Positions 13,281-25,454 of a stretch of DNA of 35,694 nucleotides are shown piece by piece. A program made the position numbers and the translations under genes. The notes beneath the pieces are model-generated. The model searched no databases. It was not told the origin of the DNA and saw only the letters and a list, made by a program, of their open reading frames with translations. Source of the DNA: Bipalium vagum (Eukaryota); assembly GCA_037834085.1 (NCBI GenBank), contig JBBMKC010202825.1:1-35694 (forward strand), in the 5' to 3' direction. Each line of letters begins with the position of its first letter. The stretch's first letter is position 1.

Positions 13281-14260
13281 TTTCTGTGGCCAACGAAAAT
13301 ATTTTAAATTAGCGGGTAATAGGAAAGTTTTGGAACAAAAAATATTATCAAAAAAGGCGTGAAATCATTAAATAAAAAAATCAATTGCATATAGATTTAT
13401 AGCTTCCTTAATGTGCTTTTTATATATAAGAAATACATGACTCGGATGATAACCTTTATAGAAAAAGGAGAATATTTGGAAGCGAATTTTTTTCTCACTG
13501 GAAGAATTAAAATATCAGATATCATTAAAATTTTTCAAGCTAAACGTATTACAAGCACAACAATTGATTGTGTTATTAAACGATTCGAAAATGGTCTTCT
13601 ATATTATGAAAAGTCTTAAACAGATTGTCATCCAAAAATAAACCAACAGATTCAGAGAACATTGTGAAATACGGTTGAAATCTATGATGGTGTCAGCCAA
13701 AGATGTTTGAGTAATAAATTTAACGTACCCATGACATGTATACAAGAAAATTTGAAGAAGGTTTAAATATTTTAAAACACAGCGTGCACCGAAGTATACC
13801 GAAAAAACAAATATAATAAATACCTAAGAAGTGTAGACAATTACGAAGAGAAATAATTAATTTCGAAATTTATTATTTATGACTAATATTTCCCATAAGC
13901 CCGAAAATACAGGTTTTTATTCGTCTGATAACGAAAAAGCACCTATACAAGTTAGGTTCAAAAATAAATTCGAACCTAAAATATGATTGACAATATCTTA
14001 GAATGTCATTTCATAACCATACATTGGATTAACAAGGAGACCTACGATTGTTGTCAAAACGTATGCCAAGAAATGCCTAAGAAAAAATTTTAATTTTATC
14101 AGTGATCATCGTGCCAATGACATATTTTTGTTTTGGATGGACTTAGCTAGTTCTTATTATGCCAAAAAACCAAAAAATGGTTAAATGAAAGAAAAGTATC
14201 ATTTGTTCCAAAAAAAGTAAATTTACTAACGTTCTGAACCGGCCACAGAAAACTGCAAAG
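13281..14260 (+). mobile_element. Decayed Tc1-like transposase, DD37E (ITmD37E/TRT)-type
   Basis: Fragments TTIDCVIKRFENG, GVSQRCLSNKFNV, RAPKYTEK, KFEPK, FLFWMDLASSYYAK, WLNERKVSFVPK and RP.EN match the FWPDLASSHYA / FVPK..NPPN...RPIE pattern. The C-terminus is missing. Confidence 0.85.
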
Positions 14261-14559
14261 TTTTTTGATTTTCAGAAAATAAAACAACTTACAAATGCAA
14301 CAGTTACATCAAATTTCATTTTATATGAGTCAGTCATTATATTACTTATGACATGAACGATTTTTCGAGTCTTTGAAATCTTTGGAAATGTCTAATACGG
14401 TTCTTGAAATAGACCTCTTGAACCTAAAAATTCTTAGGTACCTTAGTCAAATATTATTGATTCTTTAGGAAAGATAGGCAATTGATAATGATCATATTTA
14501 TTGATTTCAGTCAAGATCATCAAATAATCATACGTATCACATAAATAATAAAAGGGTAC

Positions 14560-14639
14560 CTCATTATCGTTTGGTATAGATTTTTCACAGTGTTCATTTG
14601 ATGGCGATTTACTGGGGACATAATTTCTCATCACTGTTC
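14560..14639 (-). CDS. Protocadherin cytoplasmic exon (GTVMRNYVPSKSPSNEHCEKSIPNDNE...)
   Basis: Acceptor TTTTCTTAG ends at 14640. The phase-1 junction G|GA puts the large exon in frame with ORF 14443..14634. The 3' end is either donor GAG|GTACCC at 14559 or read-through to the stop at 14443. Confidence 0.75.
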
Positions 14640-14684
14640 CTAAGAAAATTTATATATAATGAAATATGATATACCATAATTTAC
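14640..14684 (-). other. 45-nt GT-AG intron containing an in-frame TAA
   Basis: GTAAAT...TTTTCTTAG. Its removal fuses two same-frame ORFs. The TAA at 14650-14652 ends the unspliced ORF. Confidence 0.8.
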
Positions 14685-17373
14685 CATGACAATATTCTTG
14701 ATTTTTCTTTCCGACTCTGTTCCAGAACAACTTCCGGTATCGAATGAAACCAATTAATAATATCATTGTTAAGATCAATAAAATGAAAATGGTCGTAAGA
14801 ATTATGACAAGTGTTTTATCAGAAATTGACAATTGATTAAAGAATCCTTGCGACTTGAAATTAGGTTTGTGGTATGGAATTTTTTCTGGTTTCGATCGAG
14901 TTATTTTGATATTTATTGAACTGTTTAGGGAACTGGGTATTCCCAAATCATAAGCTTTTATTTGTAAACTGAATGATCGCGGATGTCGATCAAGAAGCGT
15001 TTCTTTTAAATAACAAAGTCCAGATCCCCGATCTAGATCAAAGAGCCCAAAACTTCCATATTGTAATTCATAATTTACTGTTGCATTGTTGCCATAATCG
15101 GCATCAATAGCTTGGATAGTGAAAATGGGATGACCAGCTGTTGATTGATCTGGATCAATAAAAAATTCCTGATTATTTTTAGGTGATATTATTTGAGGTC
15201 GATTGTCATTTTGGTCCAAAACTGTAATTGCAATATTTGTCGTTGCTGTATTTTGAATGTTGGACTTTAATTTTATGGGATTATCAATGGCAAAAATGAT
15301 TAGATCAAAGTGATTGCAAACCTCCCTGTCTAGTCTTTTACGAAGCTGGATTTGACCAGTTCGTTGATCCATATGAAAATTATTAAAATATGATATCGGA
15401 TGGTTTCCATTCGATAAGCCGAGATTTATTTTCGTCAACTGATAATGTATCATGGCATTATCACCTTCATCGTTATCCACCGCCGAAATAGATCCCAATA
15501 TGACATGATCCAAATTTTCTGGTACTCTAAAATGATAGTTATGTTCAACAAATCTGGGAACATTATCATTTTCATCTGTTATGAAGATTCGTATTTCTAT
15601 TGACGTCGATTTTCTCAGACCCACTTTCGGACAATCCGTTGCCATAATGGTAATGGAAATCTGGCTGGACTGTTCCCTATCGAAAGGTCGAATCACACTA
15701 ACCAAGCCGGTCTCCTTTTCTATTTTGAAACTGTTTTGGGTATTGATAGAAATCGAATATTCAATCAGTCCGTTTTCATCTTTGTCCAAATCAACAGCCT
15801 TCACATATCCAAGCTTATAACTATTTTCTTTATCACTGAAGTTAATGTCGGGCTTGTTCTCTGGCAGGTAGAAGACGAATTGTTTTTCTTGAAATTTTGG
15901 AGCTTCATCGTTAACGTCAAGAATCATGATCGTAATCAATTCGGTTGACGTCAACTGGACAGAACCTCTAATTTTATCGTTTAAGAACGTCTGTCCAATT
16001 TGCTGATAAATGTTATCATAGCAAATTAATAAGAATTTAATTAAGTCAAACTTTTCCCGGTCTATTAACACGTTGTTGAAAAGTCTATATATTCTCAAAG
16101 CGTAACGATTGAAGTGAGGCTGCAATGCTGTTATCTCATCCAAGTAAAATCTGGAATCATTGGTCTTACATGATACATCGTTCCCGATACTTTTATCAAC
16201 ATCCTTCACCGTGATCTGAGCTATCATTGATCGAGATTGATTTTCAAATAATGTACCAATTTTTTCATTTCGATTTTCCAAATGATGAAAATTCTCTTTG
16301 ATATACGAGACGTATATCAACGGCGGATTGTTGTTCACATCGTTAACTTGTACATAAACTAAAGTATTAGAAATGAATGAAGGGACACCATGATCAAAAG
16401 CTTCAACATAGAACTCTATTTTATCTTTCGTTAAATCTTTGCAGTCTATTGTACTGGATACGATGATTGAACATGAGGTTTCGTTCAGAACCTTCATTTT
16501 GAAATATCGGATGGCTAACGATTCCTCGGGGTTGTTTGGTGGAGCTATCCGAAATCCAATTTTACCGTTTATCCCTATATCACTGTCCGTAGCCTGGATC
16601 ACTAATATTGAGGTATCTATCGGTGTGTCTTCATTTATTGTCACTTTATATTGAGGTTGAGAAAATTTCGGTTTGTTGTCATTTATGTCTTCTACATTGA
16701 CTGTCACTGACAATGTTCCAGTTCTAGCAGGGTTTCCACCATCTACTGCTAACAGCCGAAATGTATATAATGACTTCCTCTCTCTGTCCAATTTTTCCAT
16801 AATAACTAATCGTGGACCTTTTAAATCAGTTTCAATTTTAAAAGTCATAGAATCTGATCCATCAACTCTATAAAATTTGATCCCATTTTCTTTCGTGTCC
16901 CGATCTATGGCTTCTAATAATTTGAACGTTGTTACTCTGGAATTGAATTCCGAATTACTTTCCGGAATTTGCAGAACTAAATTAGTTTGAGAAAATTTAG
17001 GAGTGTTGTCATTTATGTCAAGTATTTCTACTGTTATCTGGTCATATGATGGTTCTGCACGATTTCCATACAGAATTAACAATAGTATATAACAATGATC
17101 TTGAGTGTTGGAACAGATCTCATCCCGATCAGGGGATTTCCATATTTTTAAGTCAAATGTATTTTGATCTATTATAAAATAATCAATTCCAATAGCCTGA
17201 TTATCACTAATAGTAAGAAGGGGCTCTTTATTTTGATTGAGATTTAAAAGCTTTCCCAGATTTACTATTACAGTTCCCGGTGGAACTTCTTCCGAAATAT
17301 GGAAGGTTCGCAAATCGGATAAGATTGTTTGAATGCTCAGCTTGAGAAGCAGAAAAAAATGCGACAGAAACAT
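14685..17373 (-). CDS. Protocadherin (7 EC repeats, delta1/non-clustered-like), large ectodomain+TM exon
   Basis: 907-aa ORF with a hydrophobic N-terminus (MFLSHFFLLLKLSIQTILS). Repeated cadherin motifs PE/xE, AxDxD, LDRE and DxNDNxP (DINDNTP, DINDNKP, DVNNNPP, DVNDEAP, DENDNVP, DQNDNRP) define 7 repeats. EC1 has the protocadherin-type Cys pair (DRDEICSNTQDHC). TM segment TLVIILTTIFILLILTMILLIGFI is followed by RYRK. The exon ends at donor CATG|GTAAAT (14685/14684). Confidence 0.96.
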
Positions 17374-19389
17374 CTGAATATCAATAATAATTTTAATAAA
17401 GCTAAAGATGACATTTAGTTGTTAAGCACTACCATTTATATCACAATAAGTTTTATTATCAGACTTATATTTATATATTTTATATTACATTTAAACTTGA
17501 AGGAAAACTTGATTCTAAATAATTTATGAAAATATAAATAAATAAATATTTGCCTACTGGAAATTTTTCCATCAAAAACAGAAAGAAAATTAAGACTCTG
17601 AAAATAGATATCAGTACTAACAGGGATGGGAAGAGTAATTCTCAATGAATATCTGTGTTTGTCGATATCGATATTTTATTATAAAATACTCTCAAATATA
17701 TCTCATATCTTAAAAATAAATATCTTTTTTAATTTTTAATATTGTTGACATCTGCAAATACGAGATATTACTCTTTTCGACTATCTGATTTGTGGCAAGT
17801 GAGATAATGATTTTGATAAAAAACCCCTTCACAATTTCAAAGTTTGACTTCATACTAATTCTTTAAGCAAAATAAGTTTGTGAACCTTCATTTTTTTACC
17901 TCAGGTAATGATGATAATAAGTATTCTCTGGTTATATTATAAAAAAGGAAATATATATTTCTCCTTGTACTCCTGTATTATGGTAAAAGTCAATATGGTT
18001 AAAGTTATAAAGGAATTCATTATACTTGGTTTTTATCCATTTCATTTCATTTTCACTAGCTCAACCACATATGGAGGTATATGCAATGTTTTATTCTTTT
18101 CTGATTAAGACTTTTTCTTCAAGGAATATTTAGTGATTAGGAAGGAAAATATAATTTTATAAAATATATTTATTATCAATTCTAATTACGAGAATATTGA
18201 CATAGTAATATTTTTGCGACACTATACGTGATAGATATTGTCTCATTTTGTATCTATCATTACTCTTAATAAATTTGTGCTTTCTTCTTTTACTGTTCCT
18301 TTTCCTTCAGACTACTTTTTACCGGGTAAAATATGGAAAAAGTCGCGATTATTAATATAAATATTTTTTATTGTTATATACATTTCTATTGTTTATTGCT
18401 ACATTGCGCTACATTATCTATTTAGCTGGATAACCATTTCTCCTTAACGGATTGAATTTTAAAAGAATAAATATCATCATCATTGGAAAAAGATAAATTT
18501 TTATTATGATATAGCGAAAAGTAATAAATAAATTTATTTTATTTATTTTCAGATTGATGATGCATCTAATTAAGGAAGTTATAAAAATTATCCCGTAAGA
18601 GAATAAAGTTTTGTTGAATAATTAAAGGAACATAAATTATGATACTTTGAAACAAAAGAAGGCTCCATATCTGCTATAAAAGCCCACTTCACGTGCATGT
18701 TTATTTCACTTGGTAAGGCTTCTTATATTTGTCAAGTTAATGATAAGTATAAAATATAATGAATGGTAAATGATAAAAATAAATAAATTTAAATACAGTT
18801 ATATATAAAAAATGTAGAAATAATAAAAAAATAAATAAAAATATACTATAAATATTACATATTACAATAATAAACAAAACATTTTTAGTATTTTAATAAA
18901 ATAATATTTTCTGTTAGAAATTATTATTTGTTATTCAAACTTAATTTTTAACTTTTTATTAAGGGATTTAAAATTATTAAACTATTTTTACTTCTATAAA
19001 TTATAAAAAATATAAATATTTCATTATTTATATCTTCTTAATTTAGAAAACGCGTGAATATGATTTAAAAATTGCTATTTATTAGAAAATTCGGATCTAT
19101 TTTTGATCCCCGTTACACTTACATTTACATTGGCAACACCAACCGACATAGGGGGTTGAGACCTTTTCATTAAGAAGCTGACGACTTCAAAGTGACGACC
19201 AGTAACAACAATATAGAAGCATAAAGTCTGTCTCAAATACATATTCTTGATTTTCTAACCCTCTTAGAAAAGAAAATCAACCTTCACCAACCCCAGCCTT
19301 AATGATCCGATCATGTATGTACAGAATCGCTAGACCGTCAGGTAATATGCTAAGGATCTTTATATGTGGTAGTTTCCAGGTTTGAATTA

Positions 19390-20046
19390 CAGTGCAACCT
19401 CTATTTTGGACCAATTTCTGAAATGGACAACTTCTATCATCGGACCAAACTTCATATTTGGACCAATAATTTGTAATGATCATATTTCTCGATATTTTCA
19501 TATAAAAATAAAATTATTGGTCCAAAAATTTCAATAATTTGTTTAAAATTTTAATAATATTTTGGTATATAACATTTTCAAAATCAGGAATTGAGTAAAA
19601 AATTATCATATATTCAATTCAAAAACGTTGAAGTATCAGGTCAGTCCATAAGTCCGTGCGTATTAATAAATATTATGTAAATATAAAAATAAAAGGCAAA
19701 TGAAATCGATATGAAACATTTATTCATGGAAATAATTACCGTCGTTTTCTACAATCTTTTTCCACCTGTCAGGAAGTTTTTTAAAACCATCTGCATAAAA
19801 TGACAAAGGTTTTGAAGCAAAAAGATATAATGCAATACGCACGAATTTATGGACTGATCTGATATATTATTGGACTTATTGTTGATTTTTTAATTTCTAT
19901 TATTACATCCATATAAGTTCATATAAAACATGTTTTATAGCCTTTTTATGTCTTAACTTCTAATATTGGACAAACTTCTATTTTTGGACCACTTTTGAAA
20001 TTTTAGATGTAATAATAAATTAGATGTAATAATAGAAGATGCACTG
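19390..20046. mobile_element. pogo/Tigger-like MITE with TA target sites
   Basis: Left end TA-CAGTGCAACCTCTATT and right end AATAGAAGATGCACTG-TA form imperfect 16-bp TIRs. Subterminal CTTCTAT(n)TGGAC motifs are repeated near both ends. Confidence 0.8.
19636..19862 (-). mobile_element. Mariner deletion derivative (MITE, 227 bp) nested in the pogo-like MITE
   Basis: TIRs TCAGGTCAGTCCATAAGTCCGTGCGTATT / AATACGCACGAATTTATGGACTGATCTGA, flanked by TA on both sides. The interior encodes the mariner C-terminus FASKPLSFYADGFKKLPDRWKKIVENDGNYFHE*. Confidence 0.92.
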
Positions 20047-20794
20047 TATAAATCTTTATAAATGTGATAGTTAAATTAGATTTCAACGAAAAATTCATTC
20101 ACTATATATATTTAAGGATACATACCTTACTTATGCTCTTCTGATGAGTTCCCTTGAACAAAAATGTATCTATTCCTATTTCACCATTACCTGTTCTCTG
20201 AAAGAAAAATGATATAAGCTCTAGTTTTATAATCCGATGCTTTTCTATTAAGGATTTAGCCAGAATGCAATGTTTGACAAAAGATTATCAAAAGAAGTAC
20301 AGAAATAAAATCTTTCAACGATCTTTCATGATGAAAAATTAATTTAAATTTTACGATTCTGTACAAATATAAACGACGCAGATTTATCATAATTATTAAC
20401 ATACTGAGATTAGGCAATTTATCAAATAAATGTTGAGAGAGGCAAAGGAAATTTATCACTTTGATTTCATTTCTCTCTATTACTGAGATTCGCGTTGCTC
20501 CTGCTTTAAATATTACACAAAGTATTTAATGTGGAATTGAAACTTAATAATATAAATCCTAATGGATATCATATCAGCTTCAGCATGTTGAGTAGGTGAA
20601 CTTGTTTGACCTGCGAATGTATTTTCAAGAATTTAAGTGAGCTCAGAGCAATCAGCCTTATATTTTATCAATTCTCATTGATGAATAAATTGGGACAATT
20701 TTCTAATCCTTTGAGACACAAGCATCTATTTACAGTATTGTAACAAAAATCCGAATTGTGAAACGGCCTGATGAAGAAGCTAACTAGTTTCCGA

Positions 20795-20900
20795 TAATGG
20801 GATGAAGTTCAAGGTTCTGTGCATATGTGGTTTAAAAAGTAACTCGGTATGCATCCTAATTATCAAAAGGTGGAACACATTTACTGCCTCAACGAGTTAA
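20795..20900 (+). mobile_element. Short mariner C-terminal fragment
   Basis: DEVQGSVHMWFKK and IIKRWNT resemble DEVKEAVxxW...LVxRWxKC. Confidence 0.45.
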
Positions 20901-20929
20901 CAGTGAAAACGCGTTTCATTTCGCTAAAT

Positions 20930-21618
20930 TATATACAATACAAAAATTATTTAAAAATATTAGTTCCAAAGCTAATTCGAAGAATAATATTTTAGATCCA
21001 GTAAAAACTGGCCTAATGAACTAACCGGCATGTGTTTGATTCATCTTACTTAATTAGTTATTATATTTTATAAACATTTGGTCCCGTTTCTTCCAGAAGA
21101 CTGAGATTTCTTTCACAGGCCTGTTTTTGTCTAGCTAAAATCTGAGTTGTTAAAAGTCTCAGTACGAACCTGATATATAAATTTCGGATTTTCATTTGGT
21201 GAAGAAAAAGCTGGGCGTTTCTTTTCAGAAAGCTGCGTTTGAGTAATTTTTCGGTCATTTGTCATAATATCTTTCATTTTTATTAAACTTTCCTCTAATT
21301 TCTAAAGGTTTAACACTTTTTGTTGCTTTGACAATACTTGCTCGACCAATTGAAAATTCTCGGATCCAGTTATAAATAATGGTCTGAGATGATGGTTCTT
21401 CAAGCTGATTAATAAATTCTTTCCTGTCACATCCCTTGAGAAGTAAAAAACGGATAACACTGCGAAATTCTCCATGTTTGAACACTATTTTGAATTAATC
21501 CAACCTAGTCAAACACAAATTAGAATATTTAATCTATTCGTATACTTCATATTTATATTTATTTGAGTTTCTTTAGTATTTCTAGTAGAGTCTAAGTACT
21601 TGTCAGTCTTACCACGTA
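20930..21618 (-). mobile_element. Decayed mariner 5' half (irritans-like) with left TIR
   Basis: ORF MFKHGEFRSVIRFLLLKG...PSSQTIIYNWIREFSIGRAS is a mariner HTH. TIR-like TATACGTGGTAAGACTGACAAGTACTTAGAC lies at about 21590-21620. Confidence 0.82.
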
Positions 21619-22499
21619 TATCTAATATTGACACGGTCAATTTATAGATCTTAAGGTGCTTTCATTTTTACTATTTTATGAAATGTTACATTATTATTAA
21701 GGGTGACAGACGTATATGAAAAAAGTTGTAACAGCAATATTAATAATTTTTTAAATGATCATAAAAATGATCACCGTTCACAATAGAATTATGAAAAAAA
21801 TATACTCAAAATAAAATCAAAATGATAATTCTAGAGATAATTCATTATTTAAAATGAAAAAAATTCTTTTTTTAAAAAATAATATTGAAATTTGATTTAA
21901 TCTGAAAAAGTCAATATTCAAAGAATGAGCCCCGATGTTATCATGATATTTAGAGATTACTTGATATTTTAATTGTCAATTATAGAATTACGTGATTTAT
22001 TACATTCGAGTAATATTTATTTATAAGTGGATTTTAATTTTAATTTTTATAATTATATTTTATGATAAAAAGGGAAATATTGTTGTCATTCAATAAATAT
22101 TTTTTATTAGAAAATAATAAAAGTTATAAAAAAGAAAACAAAAAAAGGTAGAGTTGATAAATTTAATTATATATAATAATAAAAATTAAAATAATAATAA
22201 AAATATTATTATTATTATTATTATTTTCATTTTAATAATCTAATTTAATTTAATTATTTTAAATAAATAATAATTTTTAATTTTATTACATATAAAATAT
22301 CTTGATTTTCTTTCAAAAGATATTTTTTTCTTAATTCGTTAATTTTCATTCATTCAACCCATCATAGGATGAAATGCATATATAAAATGTATTTTGATAA
22401 AGAGAAATAGGTAGATATTTCATTGAAAAATAAAATTCCTTACAAATTATAAAAATGTGAATATTGTGAAAGAAAAAAGGAATTCAGATGAAAACCAAG

Positions 22500-23060
22500 A
22501 TCGAAACCAATCCTGTGTTCCAAGATATTATTTATTACATATTTGTGGTTATCAAAAATACCCACAACATCAATAATGATAATGCAGCTCCATAAAATTT
22601 TTAATTACCTAAATGAATTTCTGAAATTGGTCAAAACACAATGGAAAATAAAGATTTGATCATAAGAAAAGAAGGTATCTTCGTTGAAATCGATGAAACA
22701 AAACTGTAGAAGAAATAATATAATCCGAATTATAACGTAGATGGAGAATGAGTTGTTAGAGGTGTTCATCGTACCGAAAACAGAAATTCTTTTTCTCTAA
22801 GAAGTACCAACAACAGGATACATTGATAAATATTATTAATAAGCACGTAAATATGGATCAATAACTCATATTGATATATGGTGAAACAATATCAATTTCA
22901 AAAAGATGTACATAAAAACGGAATAGTTAATCACTCAAAAACTTTAAAGATTCATTTACTCAGGTACACGCCAACTCAATAGAAGGGACATGAAATAAAT
23001 TGGAAATACAAGTGAAACCTAGGAACCAACAAAAAAGTCCATATTCATTTGTGAGAATAT
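22500..23060 (+). mobile_element. Decayed Merlin (IS1016/ISXO2-like DDE) transposase
   Basis: GIFVEIDETKL*KK*YN...VDGE*VVRGVHR and IVNHSKNFKDSFTQVHANSIEGT*NKL match VEIDESKF.KRKYNRG...WVxGG and VNHSxNFVDPxTGVHTNxIEGxW. Confidence 0.9.
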
Positions 23061-23285
23061 TTTAATTAATTTCTAAAATTATTTTTTAAAATAATAAACT
23101 AAAATTATTAAGAAAAATGATTTAATTATACAAAATGAATGTCCTTGTAAATTATTGGTGTTTTAAATATATTTAACCCATCTGAATATGCTTACTTTAT
23201 TTCAGATAATCGAGAATTAATGAATAAAATTTTATTATTTTAATATTTTAAAAAAATAGCGAAAATTCAAATAAAATTCCAAAAA

Positions 23286-23540
23286 ATGCATATAAGACAT
23301 CGTTTATTATTTGTCCTTCAATTGAAGAAAACAGCCTATGGTGCTAGAGATATGATTTTTTTACTGTTGGTGAAGGCGCAGTGAGATGTAAAATATCAAA
23401 AAGTAGTTTAGTTGATTCAGAAGTCGAAAATTGAATCTTTCAAATCCTGATGCAAGAAAATTTTAGATAAAGACCTTGATAATTTGTTGGACGAAAATCC
23501 ATGTAGGACGCAAGCAGAGCTATGCAAGTTATAACCAATG
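23286..23540 (+). mobile_element. Mariner transposase N-terminal fragment
   Basis: MHIRHRLLF, VGEGAV...FRS, DLDNLLDENPCRTQAEL. Confidence 0.75.
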
Positions 23541-24189
23541 TGTATGTTGAAAAATAACATTAAATTCTTCATAGTCTTTTTCATTCAAGTTAAATTTAAA
23601 AGATTTTTTGTATATAGAAAAATTTATTTATTCAGATCCATTATTCTGTATAAAAAGAATTTAAATAAATATCAAAGAGTGCGATTTTTTATAGTGAAAA
23701 TTTTTGTAAAGTTATTTGAAGTCATTACGCATTTTCCGTGTAAGAACATCAAATTCTAATTTTATATTTTCTCATCATTTGTAGAGTAACATTAATGAGA
23801 AATGAATATTGTATGATAACCGATAATAAGAGCTCAGTTGTTGAATCATTATAAAATTCTCAAAATTTTTAAAAGCTTGTCTCTCGTTCGAAACAAATTA
23901 TAATAACTGTTTGGTCTGCTATCGATCTCGTTCATCAAAGTGTTTTGAATTCTAATGAGTTTATTTCTGTGGATGAAATCGATATAATGCACAAAAATCT
24001 TGACAGCAACAACTGGTTACATTCTCATTAGACACGAGACTAACATATATTAAGAAATAAAAAATGTGTACAAACAATTTCCAATTGAAATTTTATTCTA
24101 TTGGAATAAATTTGTTTAAGGTGACGTTGTGTCTTTCCTATATATTAGATCATAGCGTAAGTTCTGGCTTGATTTAAAAAATTATGAAG

Positions 24190-25190
24190 ACTAAAATTAA
24201 AAAAAACGACATTAATTAATTATATAATCAGTATTATTTTCTACAAATAATCTATAAAGTTCTATAAGCTATTCCAACCAATGTTGATGGAAATTACTTG
24301 GTTTTCTTTGGAAAAGGGTTTCAAGCTTCAACAGAATTAAATGTCTTAACACTTAAAAACTGGAACAGTTTAAAATCAGAAGGTACAATATCTGAAGAGT
24401 ATTGTGATTATTAGAGAATTTCAAATCTTGCATTGCCTTTTTTAATTGTCTTTTGTACAATATTGAACCTGGCATTATTTTTGTGACTATTACTTTTCGA
24501 TTATTCAAAGTTGACCTAACAGTATTAAGTCTAATCAGTAGGTTACAATGGAGATGTTCAAAATCATTATTGCCGCTGTAGTCCCACCAAGCACTCAGGA
24601 ACACCTTCATTGGATGTAGACCAAAATTAGCATTTGTTTCTGTACTGTGATCTACTTATTTCAAGGTCCTTTTCTGTCGTGTCATTGTTCAGAGTCATTT
24701 TTTCATCACCTGTGACTAATCTGTTCAAAAGTGGGCGTTTTGATTTTGTGAAATGAAGGAAATAGAGAGATTAATGCTGTTCAATTTATCTAATATTTTA
24801 TGTGGAATCCATTTATTCAGCTAGGATATATATCTTAAAATTAATCAATGATGAGAAGTAGTAGAAATGTTAACAATCATTTTTCAACAACACATTTTCC
24901 CCAATATCATCTGTTGAAATTCGTGATTTAAGGAACAAAACCCGTTTTCATCGATGAAGATATACCGGAAAGAATCGGTTGATCTTCTAAGCTAAAATCT
25001 TGCAAACTGTGTTTTAATGGTTCGAGGAGTTGAGGCAGCATCTAAATCAGCGCTTTTAATTTTAAATTTTACACGTGGGTTCAAAATTCATGTATTTCGG
25101 AACTCATAAAAAAATACATGCTTCTATGTTCATATCTTGAACACAATGTTCATTTTAATAAGTGACATTAATTAAGTTTCATTTAATATA
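24190..25190 (-). mobile_element. Decayed near full-length mariner
   Basis: NKWIPHK (WVPHEL motif), RLVTGDEK, HPMKVFLSAWWDYSG. Many frameshifts. Confidence 0.85.
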
Positions 25191-25454
25191 CATGAACTGG
25201 AAAATTTATTTAATAGAGAAAATTTTCTCATATACGTTATGTGGACAATGAAGAAATTTATGTAACGTAAACTACTGTGTTCACAACTTACACAATAATT
25301 CTTGAAATTTTATAATCTGTTGAAAACAAATGGAAAAAAATGTTAATTTATTTTTAATGTTTAAAATAATTAATTTGGCTTACTGCGCAAAATATATACT
25401 GTTTTAAGTCTAATATTGTCGATATTTGTGTAAATAAAGAAAAAGAAAAGAAAG

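Noticed and set aside
13281-14251. 11-bp inverted match TTTCTGTGGCC / GGCCACAGAAA as TIR pair of the DD37E element
   Set aside because: The right copy coincides with the coding RP.EN motif and the transposase C-terminus is absent, so the match may be coincidental.
15581-16873. Four plus-strand ORFs (66-79 aa) inside the protocadherin
   Set aside because: Antisense shadows of the real coding exon, with no independent motifs.
19395-20000. Repeated CTTCTAT..TGGAC motifs as a CRISPR-like array
   Set aside because: Irregular spacing, degenerate copies, and located inside MITE termini. These are subterminal transposon repeats in a eukaryotic context.
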